Shown here piece after piece: positions 51,050 through 60,594 of a stretch of 64,000 bases of DNA (position 1 is the first letter of the stretch; each line of letters opens with the position of its first letter). Position numbers and translations under genes: made by a program. Where the stretch lies: contig JANXCQ010000001.1 of assembly GCA_025060195.1 (NCBI GenBank), forward strand, positions 14,664 through 78,663. Direction: 5' to 3'. This stretch comes from Gemmatales bacterium (GTDB taxonomy: Bacteria; Planctomycetota; Planctomycetia; Gemmatales; HRBIN36). Under the pieces are notes generated by a model. That model searched no databases. It worked only from the letters and a program-made list of their open reading frames with translations, and had not been told where the DNA came from.

Positions 51050-53944
51050 ATGGCTTGGCAAGGATTTGAGGTATTCCGCCGCAGACAGAAAACCATATTG
51101 GCCGTGCTGGCTGTCTTGGCCATGGTGTTGTTCATTATTGGGGACGTGCTTATCGGGGTTGGGGGCGGCACGTCAGGGTTAGGCTATGGCCTGCGGCAAT
51201 GGTTCATGGATACCCGCCTGGAACAATTGCTCATTTTGCACGATCAACGGCGTGCGGCCTTGGAGACTCTCCAGCGGGCCTGGGTACAGGCGCATCAAAA
51301 TTGGCTTCGCAGCCGATTCAACGTGACCAGCCCCACAGAAATCAAAGACGAGAATCTCCGAAAGCAGTATGAGCAGGAAACTGACCAGGTGGAGCGGACC
51401 TTATGCGGTCAACTGCTCAGAGGTGGGTTCCTAGGAATGACCCTGGATTTCAACGCCGAGGGGCTGTTGGAATTCGCCTACTGGAAGGAGGAAGCCGATC
51501 GACTGGGGATCGTCATAGCCTCCAGCGTTATGCAGCAGGAATTCGAGCGCTTCACCTTTGGTCAAATTAGCGAGCGCGAGCTTCAACAGCTCGTGCACAA
51601 GTCAGTGCGTTACTTGGCTTCTACCGAAGACCTGTACCGATGGTGGGCGGACGAAATCCGTGCCGCCTTGGCTCGCCGAATCGCCGGTGCCGCGCCAGGA
51701 CACCGAGCATACTCCCCCCCGCTATTGGAACTGTGGGAGGCCTACCGTGAGCTGAGCACCTCCTTACCCCAGGTCACAATCGTCTCTTTGGAGGTCTTGG
51801 AAGAGCGGTTTACCCGAGCGGTTCCGGAACCCAGCGACCAAGAGCTTCGAGACTACTTCAATCAGCATAAGCAGCGGGAACCCGACCCAATGCGGCCCGA
51901 GCCTGGTTTTCGTGTGCCCCCGCGCTATCGAGTGAATTTCGTGTATGCCGACGTCCGCTACGATTCCAAAGATCCCGCTAAGACTGGCGAGGCTTGGCCG
52001 CATTATCGCCAACTGACCGAAGTGGTCTTTGGGTTACCCCCGTTACTGAGCCTGAACCCGACCCTACTCCTTGGCGGACCCGCTTCGCTCACGCACACGC
52101 TCCCTGGGATGAGCCTAAGCTTGCGTGCTTACGATTTGTACCTGTCCGAACGAGCTAAAAGATTTCGCATCGAGCAAACCTTGGCTGCATACGGCTTGAC
52201 TAACACGCCTCTGGATCAACTGATTCACCATCATGGCATCTTACCGCCAGGCACTGGACCCTGGTATCAGCCTGGGGTAGCTGAGGTCGAGCAAGCCATC
52301 CAAGCGGTTCTTCGCGGAATTACCACCCTTAGCAGCGCGCTCGCGCTGGCAAATCCTGCTTTGGCGCTTGTGGGGCCGATGTCGGTCAAGGCCCCTCGCG
52401 TGGAAAGTTTGGCTGCGGATGTCGCGGCTACGCTCGGGCAATGCGTGGGTCTTACCCTAAGCTTAACAGCGCCCATTGTTGTCGGTGCGGAGCCGCCAGC
52501 GAATTGGAGTGCGGCCCAAATTGAGGCATTGAGCGCGGCAAGTTTTGTTGGTCAACTGGCCAACCCGGGCGTTCCCCTCTGGTCTCAGGAAATATTACGC
52601 CAAGAGCTTCGTCCGCCGCGAACCATTGCCCCTGTTCATTTAGTCCCAGGCTACGAAGGATTGGCGCTTACTTGGTGGACGCCTCCCAGCTATGTTCCCT
52701 TTGTCCAAGTGGCTCCGGAACTGGAGATCGAGTTTCTACGGGGTCAAGTCGCACGCTTCTTAGACGCCGATTTGCAACAGCTCCAGAAAGACCTGAAAGA
52801 CTATGGCCAACTTTATCAGAAGGCTTACAGCGAGTGGCGTCGAAAAGGAAACAAGCCGGAAGTGCACCAGTTTGTTCCACCACCCTTTGGCCCGCATAAG
52901 CAACCGTTGGAGGAATATATCCAAAAGTTTTGCCAAGCACGGGGCCTCCGCTACTTTCCCATGTCCCGACCGCGAAGCCGCTATGACCTGATGCCACGGG
53001 CCTCTGGGGAATTGGGCAAGATTCTCTATCCACTTTATCTCGAAGTCACAAGGCCCGAGGGCACGGCACAACATCCTTTAGAGATTTATCGTCGGGAGCT
53101 CGACTTCGCCGACATGCTGATTACGGGCAAAGGCCTGCTTACTGACTTCTCAGGCGATACCAAGCAGCCAGAACGCATTGAGGAAAAGTATGCGGTGTAT
53201 GAGCCGCGGCACTTGGCCCGTGCGGGATTGAGCGGACATCGCGCTTTGATTTGGAAAGCTGAAGAACTCCCGGGTTACGTGCCCAGCTTTGAGGAAGCAC
53301 GTCCGGAGGTGCGTCAGGCCTGGATTCGCGAGAAAGCCCGGCATCTGGCTCAGGAACATGCTCGACGTTTGGCCAACCGTATCCGCGAATTGCGACAGCA
53401 AAGACAAACACCCCTGGACGACGTCCTGCGCGAACTGCGCGGCGACCCGAATTTCCAGGAACTTGAGAAAGCTGTTACTGTCGAACTGACACGATACCGC
53501 TATGAGCTATTGTCCCGACCCCTGACGGGCTTGGAAAGGTCGCCCCCGGGCCCAGTCTTCCGAGCAGTTCAATATCCGCCTGTAGTGGATTATCCCGAGT
53601 CCGACTTCCTAGTACGAGCCTTTGAACATCTGAAAATACCAGGCGACTTTTGGATCACCACCAACCAACCGGGGGATAAAGTGTACCTTCTCGTGTTGGT
53701 AAGCGAACCCCGTAGCCGTACGCCCACAGAATTCTCCTTAGACTATTTACGACGCCCGCACGCCAGCCGTATCAGGGTCAGCGATACGCCCGGCCCGGAA
53801 TTGTCCTTGCCTTTGGAACAATGGGTCAGTGCGCGGCGCAGTCGTTCTAATCGAGACCAGTTCCTTAAGTACCTGCGCCACCGTTACGGCTTAGATGATG
53901 AAGAGTGGCGGCAACTCGAAGATTATGTCCGCCAAAGGTTCTGA
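51050..53944 (+). CDS. Membrane-anchored periplasmic protein, possibly PpiD/SurA-N-like chaperone
   Basis: N-terminal FRRRQK plus TM helix, EADRLGIV, PSDQELRDYFNQHK and PSFEEARPEVRQAWIREKA resemble the PpiD scaffold. Confidence 0.55.
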   Translation: MAWQGFEVFRRRQKTILAVLAVLAMVLFIIGDVLIGVGGGTSGLGYGLRQWFMDTRLEQLLILHDQRRAALETLQRAWVQAHQNWLRSRFNVTSPTEIKDENLRKQYEQETDQVERTLCGQLLRGGFLGMTLDFNAEGLLEFAYWKEEADRLGIVIASSVMQQEFERFTFGQISERELQQLVHKSVRYLASTEDLYRWWADEIRAALARRIAGAAPGHRAYSPPLLELWEAYRELSTSLPQVTIVSLEVLEERFTRAVPEPSDQELRDYFNQHKQREPDPMRPEPGFRVPPRYRVNFVYADVRYDSKDPAKTGEAWPHYRQLTEVVFGLPPLLSLNPTLLLGGPASLTHTLPGMSLSLRAYDLYLSERAKRFRIEQTLAAYGLTNTPLDQLIHHHGILPPGTGPWYQPGVAEVEQAIQAVLRGITTLSSALALANPALALVGPMSVKAPRVESLAADVAATLGQCVGLTLSLTAPIVVGAEPPANWSAAQIEALSAASFVGQLANPGVPLWSQEILRQELRPPRTIAPVHLVPGYEGLALTWWTPPSYVPFVQVAPELEIEFLRGQVARFLDADLQQLQKDLKDYGQLYQKAYSEWRRKGNKPEVHQFVPPPFGPHKQPLEEYIQKFCQARGLRYFPMSRPRSRYDLMPRASGELGKILYPLYLEVTRPEGTAQHPLEIYRRELDFADMLITGKGLLTDFSGDTKQPERIEEKYAVYEPRHLARAGLSGHRALIWKAEELPGYVPSFEEARPEVRQAWIREKARHLAQEHARRLANRIRELRQQRQTPLDDVLRELRGDPNFQELEKAVTVELTRYRYELLSRPLTGLERSPPGPVFRAVQYPPVVDYPESDFLVRAFEHLKIPGDFWITTNQPGDKVYLLVLVSEPRSRTPTEFSLDYLRRPHASRIRVSDTPGPELSLPLEQWVSARRSRSNRDQFLKYLRHRYGLDDEEWRQLEDYVRQRF

Positions 53945-54001
53945 GCGGCCTCATTCTCAGCTGGACGAACCAACGCCTGCATGAGCTAAAAGCACAGTGG
54001 C

Positions 54002-55360
54002 TTACTTTGGTTCCGATGGGAAACGGCCGCCCATCCCAAGGTTAGCCTGCACCAGATTTGTCCACAGCTGCCAGGTTTCTTCAGCCATGCGGTGGTTATG
54101 GAAAAATTCCAAGACAGCCTGCCGGCCTCGTTGCCCCAACTCCCGACGCCGCGATTCATCCTGTAATAATTCCTGCAAAGCTGCCGCCAGAGCTTGAGGA
54201 TTCTCGGGCTCTACGCAAATACCTGCTCCGCTCCGTTCAACCAATTCAGGAAACGAGCCATGTCGGGGCTGCACCACGGGCACGCCAGCTAACCACGCTT
54301 CTAACACGTAAAGCCCTTTCGGCTCACGATAGACCGTCGGCACACTTAGCACGTCTAGACCCAGCAGAAACCGCACCTTGTCGTCGTAACTGACTTCTCC
54401 CCAGTAGCTAAAACGATCGTGCCAACCTTCTCTGTAAATGCGGCGGCGCAGTTGCTCATAGTATTCGCGGTCAGCAGTCCCCATATATCCTGCCACTTCT
54501 AAGCGCACGGGGAGGCCTCGCCGTATGAGCTCCGAAACCGCCTCCACCAGCACATGCAGCCCTTTTTCGGGACAGACACGCGCTAAGTAGCCAATGGTAT
54601 ATGTTGTAGCTTTCCGGTCGCGTAACTTGTCGTTGCTAACCAAGATTGCCGTGTCCCGAGCTTGCTCGAACGTCTTTACGTTGATGCCCGGATAAATTAC
54701 GTGCATGGAATCGCGGGGCAAACCAAGATAAGTGGACATGTGGTCAGCATAATAAGCGCATGGAACAATATAGGCATCTACAAAACTCGCATTACGCCTA
54801 ATCAGTTCAACTGCCGTTTGCTTGTACGATGGTGGCAAATGATCCAGAAATATGTCATCGCCCTGCAGCGTAACCACTATCGGACAACCTAAACGGGTTT
54901 TCAAGGCAGGAATCATACCAGATAACAAAATATTCGAAAGGCCCACTACGTCGGGAGAATATTCCCGCTGCAACCATGTAACCAGGGATTCGACTTCCTG
55001 CGCCTGGTTACCGTCTGAACCACGCAGCATAGATATGGTGAGTTCTCCCAGTTCTTCAGCTCGGGTGCGTATGGCCAAGCGACTTATGCAGCGTAACAGG
55101 CTCGACGAACTAAGCCAACGCTCTAGCCACGGCGGCATTCGGCGAAACCAGGCGATTTTCTGTTCCAAGTAAACGCTCAGGCCGCTGAAAAACACCCGCG
55201 AAAAACTGACACTTGGCTCATCGGTGCGTAACGGAGTGTAGGTGGGAATAAGTATGCAGTCTCGTCCTTGTTGCCGCAGGGCACTGACTAAGGCGTTGTC
55301 TTTCAGGCAGCTGCCGCAGATCATACTCGCGGCACCTGCCGTGATATATGCGACGCGCAT
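54002..55360 (-). CDS. Glycosyltransferase family 4
   Basis: IGYLARVCPEKG and EPKGLYVLEAWLAGVPVV (EX7E), with N-terminal CGSC. Confidence 0.88.
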   Translation of the reverse strand: MRVAYITAGAASMICGSCLKDNALVSALRQQGRDCILIPTYTPLRTDEPSVSFSRVFFSGLSVYLEQKIAWFRRMPPWLERWLSSSSLLRCISRLAIRTRAEELGELTISMLRGSDGNQAQEVESLVTWLQREYSPDVVGLSNILLSGMIPALKTRLGCPIVVTLQGDDIFLDHLPPSYKQTAVELIRRNASFVDAYIVPCAYYADHMSTYLGLPRDSMHVIYPGINVKTFEQARDTAILVSNDKLRDRKATTYTIGYLARVCPEKGLHVLVEAVSELIRRGLPVRLEVAGYMGTADREYYEQLRRRIYREGWHDRFSYWGEVSYDDKVRFLLGLDVLSVPTVYREPKGLYVLEAWLAGVPVVQPRHGSFPELVERSGAGICVEPENPQALAAALQELLQDESRRRELGQRGRQAVLEFFHNHRMAEETWQLWTNLVQANLGMGGRFPSEPK

Positions 55361-55367
55361 GCTTGCC

Positions 55368-56618
55368 TCAACAGATTGCGACCGTTTCCGTTTCTGGCAA
55401 ATCGACGTAACGACGCATAGCCTCGAAGACTTCCTCAACCCCCTCCTTGAAGAGATCACCGACTAATAAGTCAATAATGTGGCGGCGATACTGCGGATAT
55501 TCACGAACAAATCTCCCGAAATTGAAACCTTCGTAAAAGGCATAAACCAGCTTTCGCATTGCTTCCATACCGCGGACGAATTGCGGCGCCCATTTACCCA
55601 GTTGCATCCCGGAAAGATCGCCCTTTTCAAAACCTTCCACGATCGCGTCCGCGGCCAACTCTCCCGACTTGAGTGCCAGAAATACCCCAGAAGAGTAGAT
55701 GGGATCCAAAAATCCAAACGCATCGCCTATAAGCACCCAACCTGGCCCAGCACAACGCGTAGCTTTGTAGGAGAAATCGCGGGTCGCAAAGAAGCCTGAA
55801 ACACGTCGGCCACATGCCAATCGCCGTTGCACCGCCGGGCAACGTTCAACTTCTTCATAGAAAATCTGTTCATGGCTGCCACGATTGTGAAATAAGTATT
55901 CGATCGAGGAAACCACCCCTACGCTCACGATGTCATGATGCAAGGGGATATACCAAAACCATCCCTGTTTTCCTGCCACATGCAGCACCAAGGTAGCGCC
56001 TTCATCGAGCCCGGGATCACGATAAGCTCCCTGATAATACGTCCAAACAGCGCCCTTTTTTAGACGGGGGTCGGGGCGTCGAATTTTCAACCGATTGGCT
56101 ATGAGCGAACTCTGCCCCGTGGCATCCACAATCACCGGGGCCCAGACCATTTCTTCCCGCCCATCGCTGTGCTGAATACGCAGATGACGAATCCTGTCGC
56201 CCTCGAATACCACGTCCATAACACGTGTGCCTTCGTGCACTTGCACCCCATGTTTGCGGGCATTGTTGAGCAACAATTCATCGAATTCGCTACGCAGAAC
56301 CTGCCAAGTCTGCGAGCTTTCGTGCGGGTTGATTTCGAAGAAATAAAACGGCTGCGACTCCTGGCCAGTTTCGCTCACGAACTGGACACTGAACTTCTTG
56401 ACGAACGGGCTACTCTTGAGTTGGTCAAGCACACCTAGCCGACGCAGTACCCAATACGTCTCCGGCATAAAGGACTCGCCAATGTGATAACGAGGAAATC
56501 GCTCTCGCTCATATAAAGTGACCTGATGGCCGCGCTGTGCCACGAGAGTAGCACAGGTCGCCCCAGATGGGCCTCCGCCCATGACAATCACATCGGGACC
56601 ACGGCAGCTTGCCACCAT
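55368..56618 (-). CDS. Flavin-dependent halogenase-like FAD oxidoreductase
   Basis: GGGPSG, FPRYHIGES, GWFWYIPL (WxWxIP) and GDAFGFLDPIYSSG. GGAGA RBS. Confidence 0.85.
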   Translation of the reverse strand: MVASCRGPDVIVMGGGPSGATCATLVAQRGHQVTLYERERFPRYHIGESFMPETYWVLRRLGVLDQLKSSPFVKKFSVQFVSETGQESQPFYFFEINPHESSQTWQVLRSEFDELLLNNARKHGVQVHEGTRVMDVVFEGDRIRHLRIQHSDGREEMVWAPVIVDATGQSSLIANRLKIRRPDPRLKKGAVWTYYQGAYRDPGLDEGATLVLHVAGKQGWFWYIPLHHDIVSVGVVSSIEYLFHNRGSHEQIFYEEVERCPAVQRRLACGRRVSGFFATRDFSYKATRCAGPGWVLIGDAFGFLDPIYSSGVFLALKSGELAADAIVEGFEKGDLSGMQLGKWAPQFVRGMEAMRKLVYAFYEGFNFGRFVREYPQYRRHIIDLLVGDLFKEGVEEVFEAMRRYVDLPETETVAIC

Positions 56619-56888
56619 GGACAAATCTCCTGCAGACTAGCGGCGAGTTTAGAGCGAAAAGCACTAGCGGCAACACAGTGCAGGGGGGAAGCTATGGCTG
56701 CTAGGAGTTATTATAATTGAACGAAGCTAGCTGGGGGTGTTCTCACGCCAAAGACTTCGCCGCACTAGGCCGTTCTTTGTGCGGCCCTATCGAGCAAGCA
56801 TATTTGTGCCCCAATAACGGGTGAACCGCCGCCGAACGGAAACTGGGCTGTAATTGATCCCGCGTCGATTGAGATGGCTTACCGTAGT

Positions 56889-57266
56889 TCAGCTGTCGCT
56901 TCCCGTATTCTGGCCCGTTGCTTCAGACAGAGGAACCGAATGAGGAACATCGTGCGGGCCTGGAATAGGACTGGGCGGTGCCACCTTTCTATAGCCTAGA
57001 GACAATAGCACCTCCAGAACTTCGCTCCAAGTGGGGAAAGGTCGCCGATTGACACGTTTGTAATAATCCATAGCCCGCATAAACTCGATTTCTTCCGGAG
57101 TGTAATCACGCTCGCAGGTGGTTGGATCCACTTGCCGTCGCCGATCATGCCGTTTTGCACCGCGACGTTCGACTGCCACTGGGATGTTTTTGTGTCGGCG
57201 CTCCATACATCGTTTCTCACCTCGAGCGCCGCCTCCTGGCTCGGAGACTTTAGCTGGAGCGTCCAT
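56889..57266 (-). CDS. Small planctomycete-type hypothetical protein
   Basis: GGAGGAG RBS before ATG 57266. ERR/DRR repeats followed by DPTTCERDY...[11 protein letters not shown]...[10 protein letters not shown]. Confidence 0.75.
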   Translation of the reverse strand: MDAPAKVSEPGGGARGEKRCMERRHKNIPVAVERRGAKRHDRRRQVDPTTCERDYTPEEIEFMRAMDYYKRVNRRPFPTWSEVLEVLLSLGYRKVAPPSPIPGPHDVPHSVPLSEATGQNTGSDS

Positions 57267-57589
57267 AGTCGTTCTCCTCCCGCTGTGAACCGTATGAGAC
57301 TTAGAAATGCGCTGCGGCGATTCGACGTGTCTATTGGCCTGATGTCTACCCAAGACCTAATAGGGCGTTCCAAGTATACTTCATTTTTCACCAATGGCAA
57401 AATGCTCGCAAGATTCACATATTATCCGAACGTTATTACATTTGCTGAATTCGCCATCTTGACAGCCTCGAATGGGGAGAAACCAATGTTTGCCCTTCAA
57501 CTAAGGGCTTTGTAATAGTGAGGCGCAACGTTAGACATTCAGCCGCACTAATTACGCGGGGACACGACTTAGAGGATATCATCAGTGAA

Positions 57590-57630
57590 GGGCTTCTCTT
57601 GCGTAAATAGGGGCTTCTCTTGCGTAAATA
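57590..57630. repeat. Perfect tandem direct repeat, 20 bp x2 (period 21)
   Basis: GGGCTTCTCTTGCGTAAATA at 57590-57609 and 57611-57630. Confidence 0.95.
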
Positions 57631-57742
57631 AAGTGAAACGAGTGCCCGGGCTGAAACGCAACGGGGCTGAAAGACGGAATCATTTCAGCGGTATGGGGCA
57701 GGGATTACGGGCCGAGCGAACGGAATTTGTAGAAACGGCTAG

Positions 57743-59029
57743 TCAGGGTTGTTCCATAAGCCGATTCAGGCGCTCGCGCAGTTCTTCGTCAAGAGCCGGT
57801 GACCAGGCCAAATCCTGAGGCGCCCCCGAGAAGGCCCCCTCAGCATTGATTCTCGCCGTAGGAACGGGAGAGAGAGGTAAGTGGCCGATCAGACGGCCGC
57901 CACAGCGCAGTTCAAACGCTAAGACGTGCCGCAAGTCGTTGGCTGCTAATGTACCGGGAACATACGGACTAGGGGAATCAGTGAGAAGAACTTCCTGGCT
58001 CGCCAACAATCGCGGTTTAGAACCATCACGGCAAGTAGCATAAACTTCTAAGTCCGCTAGGAAAGCCAGACCGGGCTCCCTCGTGCAGAGCACGAAGCAG
58101 GGGGCAACACGCCCCAGGGGCAGGTTCTTGGGCAGGCGCTTCTCGACTTTGACCTGACTAGTTTTATCTTCCTGAACGACGAAGTAAGTCTCTAGCAGCA
58201 CGATTTGGCGGTGCACCGACCTCATGGCAAGCACCTCCAATTGACAACGCGCCTTGGTGGTACTGCTGAACAAGCGCCATTCGACCTTCCAGCGACTCAG
58301 GCGTCGAAGGCGCACTGGGCACTGCACTGTAACCAGAGCCTCGCGGGCACATAGCTGCTCCGCAGTGAGGCGAAGTGGGACTTCCCAAGCTTGGCCCGAC
58401 GCTTCCTCTTGGAATAACACGGTCGGATGACAATCCAGCAAAGCGACTAATGGAGTTGGGCTGCGCAAATAAGCGCTGGCCAGCACACACCGTCCTTGCT
58501 TGCGGAAGAACTTAGTACCTGGAACGGTGTAATCAAGGGGGCCCTCTTCCCCGCTGCGACCGCGCAGCACCAGGAAAAGCGTCGGTTGCACCACCTGAAA
58601 CTGATCCACAAATTGTCGTAAAGACAGAACGGGAACGCTGATTTGTTGGAGCAACTGTCCTTGCCAACGCAATTCTAAGATGTCGCTGGCTGGCAAAGGC
58701 TCAATATGAAATTCGGCACGGTGAAGCCCTTGACCGTTGGCCAGCCCATCTTCGATCAAAGAATCTGCCGGATAGCTTCGTCGAGCAGTATGCAGGGTCA
58801 AGTCGCAGCGCCGGGCTGCCTTGGTGGCGCCGTAGCGAAGTTCGGCACGAAGCGTAATAGCATCGGCGCAGTCTAAGATGGGGAGCTCATGAATTTCCAA
58901 GCCGTTCTTCTTCCAGCTAATGCGCAAGTTGCGCACCGCGGGTGTGGCACCGAGACCCAGCGTAGCCAGGGGATGAGAGAGCCAGTCACGCATGAGCCAA
59001 CCGATCAAGCGCCTGAGCCAACGCCTCAT
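57743..59029 (-). CDS. Hypothetical 428-aa beta-rich protein, last gene of the E2-E1 unit
   Basis: GGAGG 7 nt before ATG 59029. The start overlaps the 3' end of the E1 gene by 44 nt. Trp/Arg amphipathic N-terminus. Confidence 0.75.
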   Translation of the reverse strand: MRRWLRRLIGWLMRDWLSHPLATLGLGATPAVRNLRISWKKNGLEIHELPILDCADAITLRAELRYGATKAARRCDLTLHTARRSYPADSLIEDGLANGQGLHRAEFHIEPLPASDILELRWQGQLLQQISVPVLSLRQFVDQFQVVQPTLFLVLRGRSGEEGPLDYTVPGTKFFRKQGRCVLASAYLRSPTPLVALLDCHPTVLFQEEASGQAWEVPLRLTAEQLCAREALVTVQCPVRLRRLSRWKVEWRLFSSTTKARCQLEVLAMRSVHRQIVLLETYFVVQEDKTSQVKVEKRLPKNLPLGRVAPCFVLCTREPGLAFLADLEVYATCRDGSKPRLLASQEVLLTDSPSPYVPGTLAANDLRHVLAFELRCGGRLIGHLPLSPVPTARINAEGAFSGAPQDLAWSPALDEELRERLNRLMEQP

Positions 59030-59801
59030 CGAGATCCTCCGCAGCGCCACGATGGGCTGCCTCACCACAGAACAAACACTCCCGCATGCGCTCAATGCGG
59101 AAGCGGTAAGGTCGGAGCACTTCGTCGAACACTTGAGGAACTTTCCGCAGGGCCAGTAACACACAGGTAAAGCCCGGGTCGTAATCAGGATTTTGCAACA
59201 GTTCTAGTGTAACTAAAGCATGCAAGCTGGCAATGACGCTGATCGAAGCCTTACTCGCTGGTACCGTCACCTCGTAGACAGGGCCACCGGGCTGGGAATA
59301 ATCTGGTGGCGGCGCACTATCCACTTCGACGCTCCGCTTGAGGGCGCTGGCCACACAACCATAGCACGGACCTTCAGGCCGAAACACGTGGACAAAGCCC
59401 CCGATTCCACCGCTGAGCACTTCCCCGAGCGTCCATGCCTTACGGTACTTACGCATTAAGGCATCCCAATGATACTTGGCGGGTTCATTATCCACCGCGC
59501 ACACGCCGATGTCAGCGCTAGCCACTGCAGCCTCAATCTTTGGCTGCGCTGACATGTCGAGTAAATCTACCTCGAGACATTGCACTTCTAAGTCGGGTCG
59601 ATGAGCCGCCAACCACTGACGCGCCAACTCACTTTTCCGCAATCCAGCGGCCTCCTGAGGAAAATAATGGCGAATAGCGTTATGGGGTTTATAAACGTCG
59701 GGTTCGATGAGAGTAATGCGCTTGACTTGAGGCTCACGGGCCACCAAGTCCAGCACAACCATACCCCCGCTGCCAGCACCTACCTGGACGATGTGAGCCA
59801 T
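58986..59801 (-). CDS. ThiF/MoeB/E1-like adenylyltransferase
   Basis: VGAGSGG, EPDVYKPHNAIRH, RKSE, CAVDN and two zinc-binding CxxC pairs (CYGC, CLFC). GAGGAG upstream. Confidence 0.9.
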   Translation of the reverse strand: MAHIVQVGAGSGGMVVLDLVAREPQVKRITLIEPDVYKPHNAIRHYFPQEAAGLRKSELARQWLAAHRPDLEVQCLEVDLLDMSAQPKIEAAVASADIGVCAVDNEPAKYHWDALMRKYRKAWTLGEVLSGGIGGFVHVFRPEGPCYGCVASALKRSVEVDSAPPPDYSQPGGPVYEVTVPASKASISVIASLHALVTLELLQNPDYDPGFTCVLLALRKVPQVFDEVLRPYRFRIERMRECLFCGEAAHRGAAEDLDEALAQALDRLAHA

Positions 59802-59836
59802 ACGTACGACTTTCTCCTCTTGGCGGGCGACCAGCG

Positions 59837-60262
59837 CTAACGCGCCTCAGGCAAAGGCCATTCTCCTGTCTCGTACCAGATCTCATAGCAAGCCAACCAA
59901 CGCCAAGCGGCCTGCACCGCAAAGATGCAGGTGTGGCGACTCGGGTCCCAGCGGTTGTTTTGCCGACTGCTACCCTGCCGCCATAAGCACAAGGTTTGCC
60001 CCTCGAGCAAATGCGGACAATGTCGTAACGGTGTCAGCACGCGGGTCTCCGGCGGTACCACGGGGTAACTAGAGTACAATCGCGTTTCCAGTTCGTAAAT
60101 GTTATGGGTGGGCATGAGACGATAACAAAGAATGAGATTACTTCCCTGGCGCACCAAGCGAATTCGGAATTCCCGGTCGCGGGTCTCGTTGTAGCGTTCA
60201 ATAGCCGGAATTTCAATCGTCAACAAGCGAAGCTTGCCCGCTTCACTGTCCAGCAACCCCAT
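59837..60262 (-). CDS. Stand-alone prokaryotic E2/UBC-like protein (141 aa)
   Basis: UBC signature order: RL..E helix, YPVVPP, PH-x6-LCL (Cys codon 59987-59989), W.P and C-terminal WL..YE.W..TG.W. AGGA precedes ATG 60262. The ORF can extend to 60424. Confidence 0.8.
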   Translation of the reverse strand: MGLLDSEAGKLRLLTIEIPAIERYNETRDREFRIRLVRQGSNLILCYRLMPTHNIYELETRLYSSYPVVPPETRVLTPLRHCPHLLEGQTLCLWRQGSSRQNNRWDPSRHTCIFAVQAAWRWLACYEIWYETGEWPLPEAR

Positions 60263-60311
60263 CGGCGTGTCCTGCCTACCATGCACTGAGCTTGCTTCTT
60301 CGAGATGAGCG

Positions 60312-60343
60312 AGAAAATCGCCAAAGGCGACGCTTTGGCGATT
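60312..60343 (-). terminator. Terminator-like hairpin upstream of the E2 start
   Basis: 11-bp perfect stem AATCGCCAAAG/CTTTGGCGATT (60316-60326 and 60333-60343), 6-nt loop, ending TTTTCT on the minus strand. The U-tract is short. Confidence 0.45.
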
Positions 60344-60565
60344 CATCAGCTCCCAGAGCAAAGCACGCACAGAGCGGAAAGTACTCGAAGGAGTTTCCCT
60401 GCGTGGTGTTTCCCACCCAGTCATCTTAGCTAACCATTAGTAGCCAAGCCCGGACGTAACCGTGGAATCACTCGTGGCTACATCTCATGCATCGAGCCAA
60501 CGGCAACCCCAAGCCGTGCCCGGGCATCCTTTTGCTGCTGGTCAGGGTCAGTCGCGCCGAATTTT

Positions 60566-60594
60566 ATGATAATTTCACCCGAAAGTATCGCCAA
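60566..60594 (-). promoter_or_regulatory. Candidate internal promoter with overlapping palindromic operator
   Basis: Minus-strand TTGGCG-N17-TATCAT. Imperfect palindrome GATAaTTTC-ACCC-GAAAgTATC at 60568-60589. Confidence 0.4.

Noticed and set aside
57590..57630. CRISPR array
   Set aside because: Only two adjacent copies with no spacer and no cas genes.
58986..59801. ThiF/MoeB for thiamine or molybdopterin synthesis
   Set aside because: No thiS/moaD-like GG protein, rhodanese domain or thi/moa genes nearby. The neighbours are E2 and JAB.
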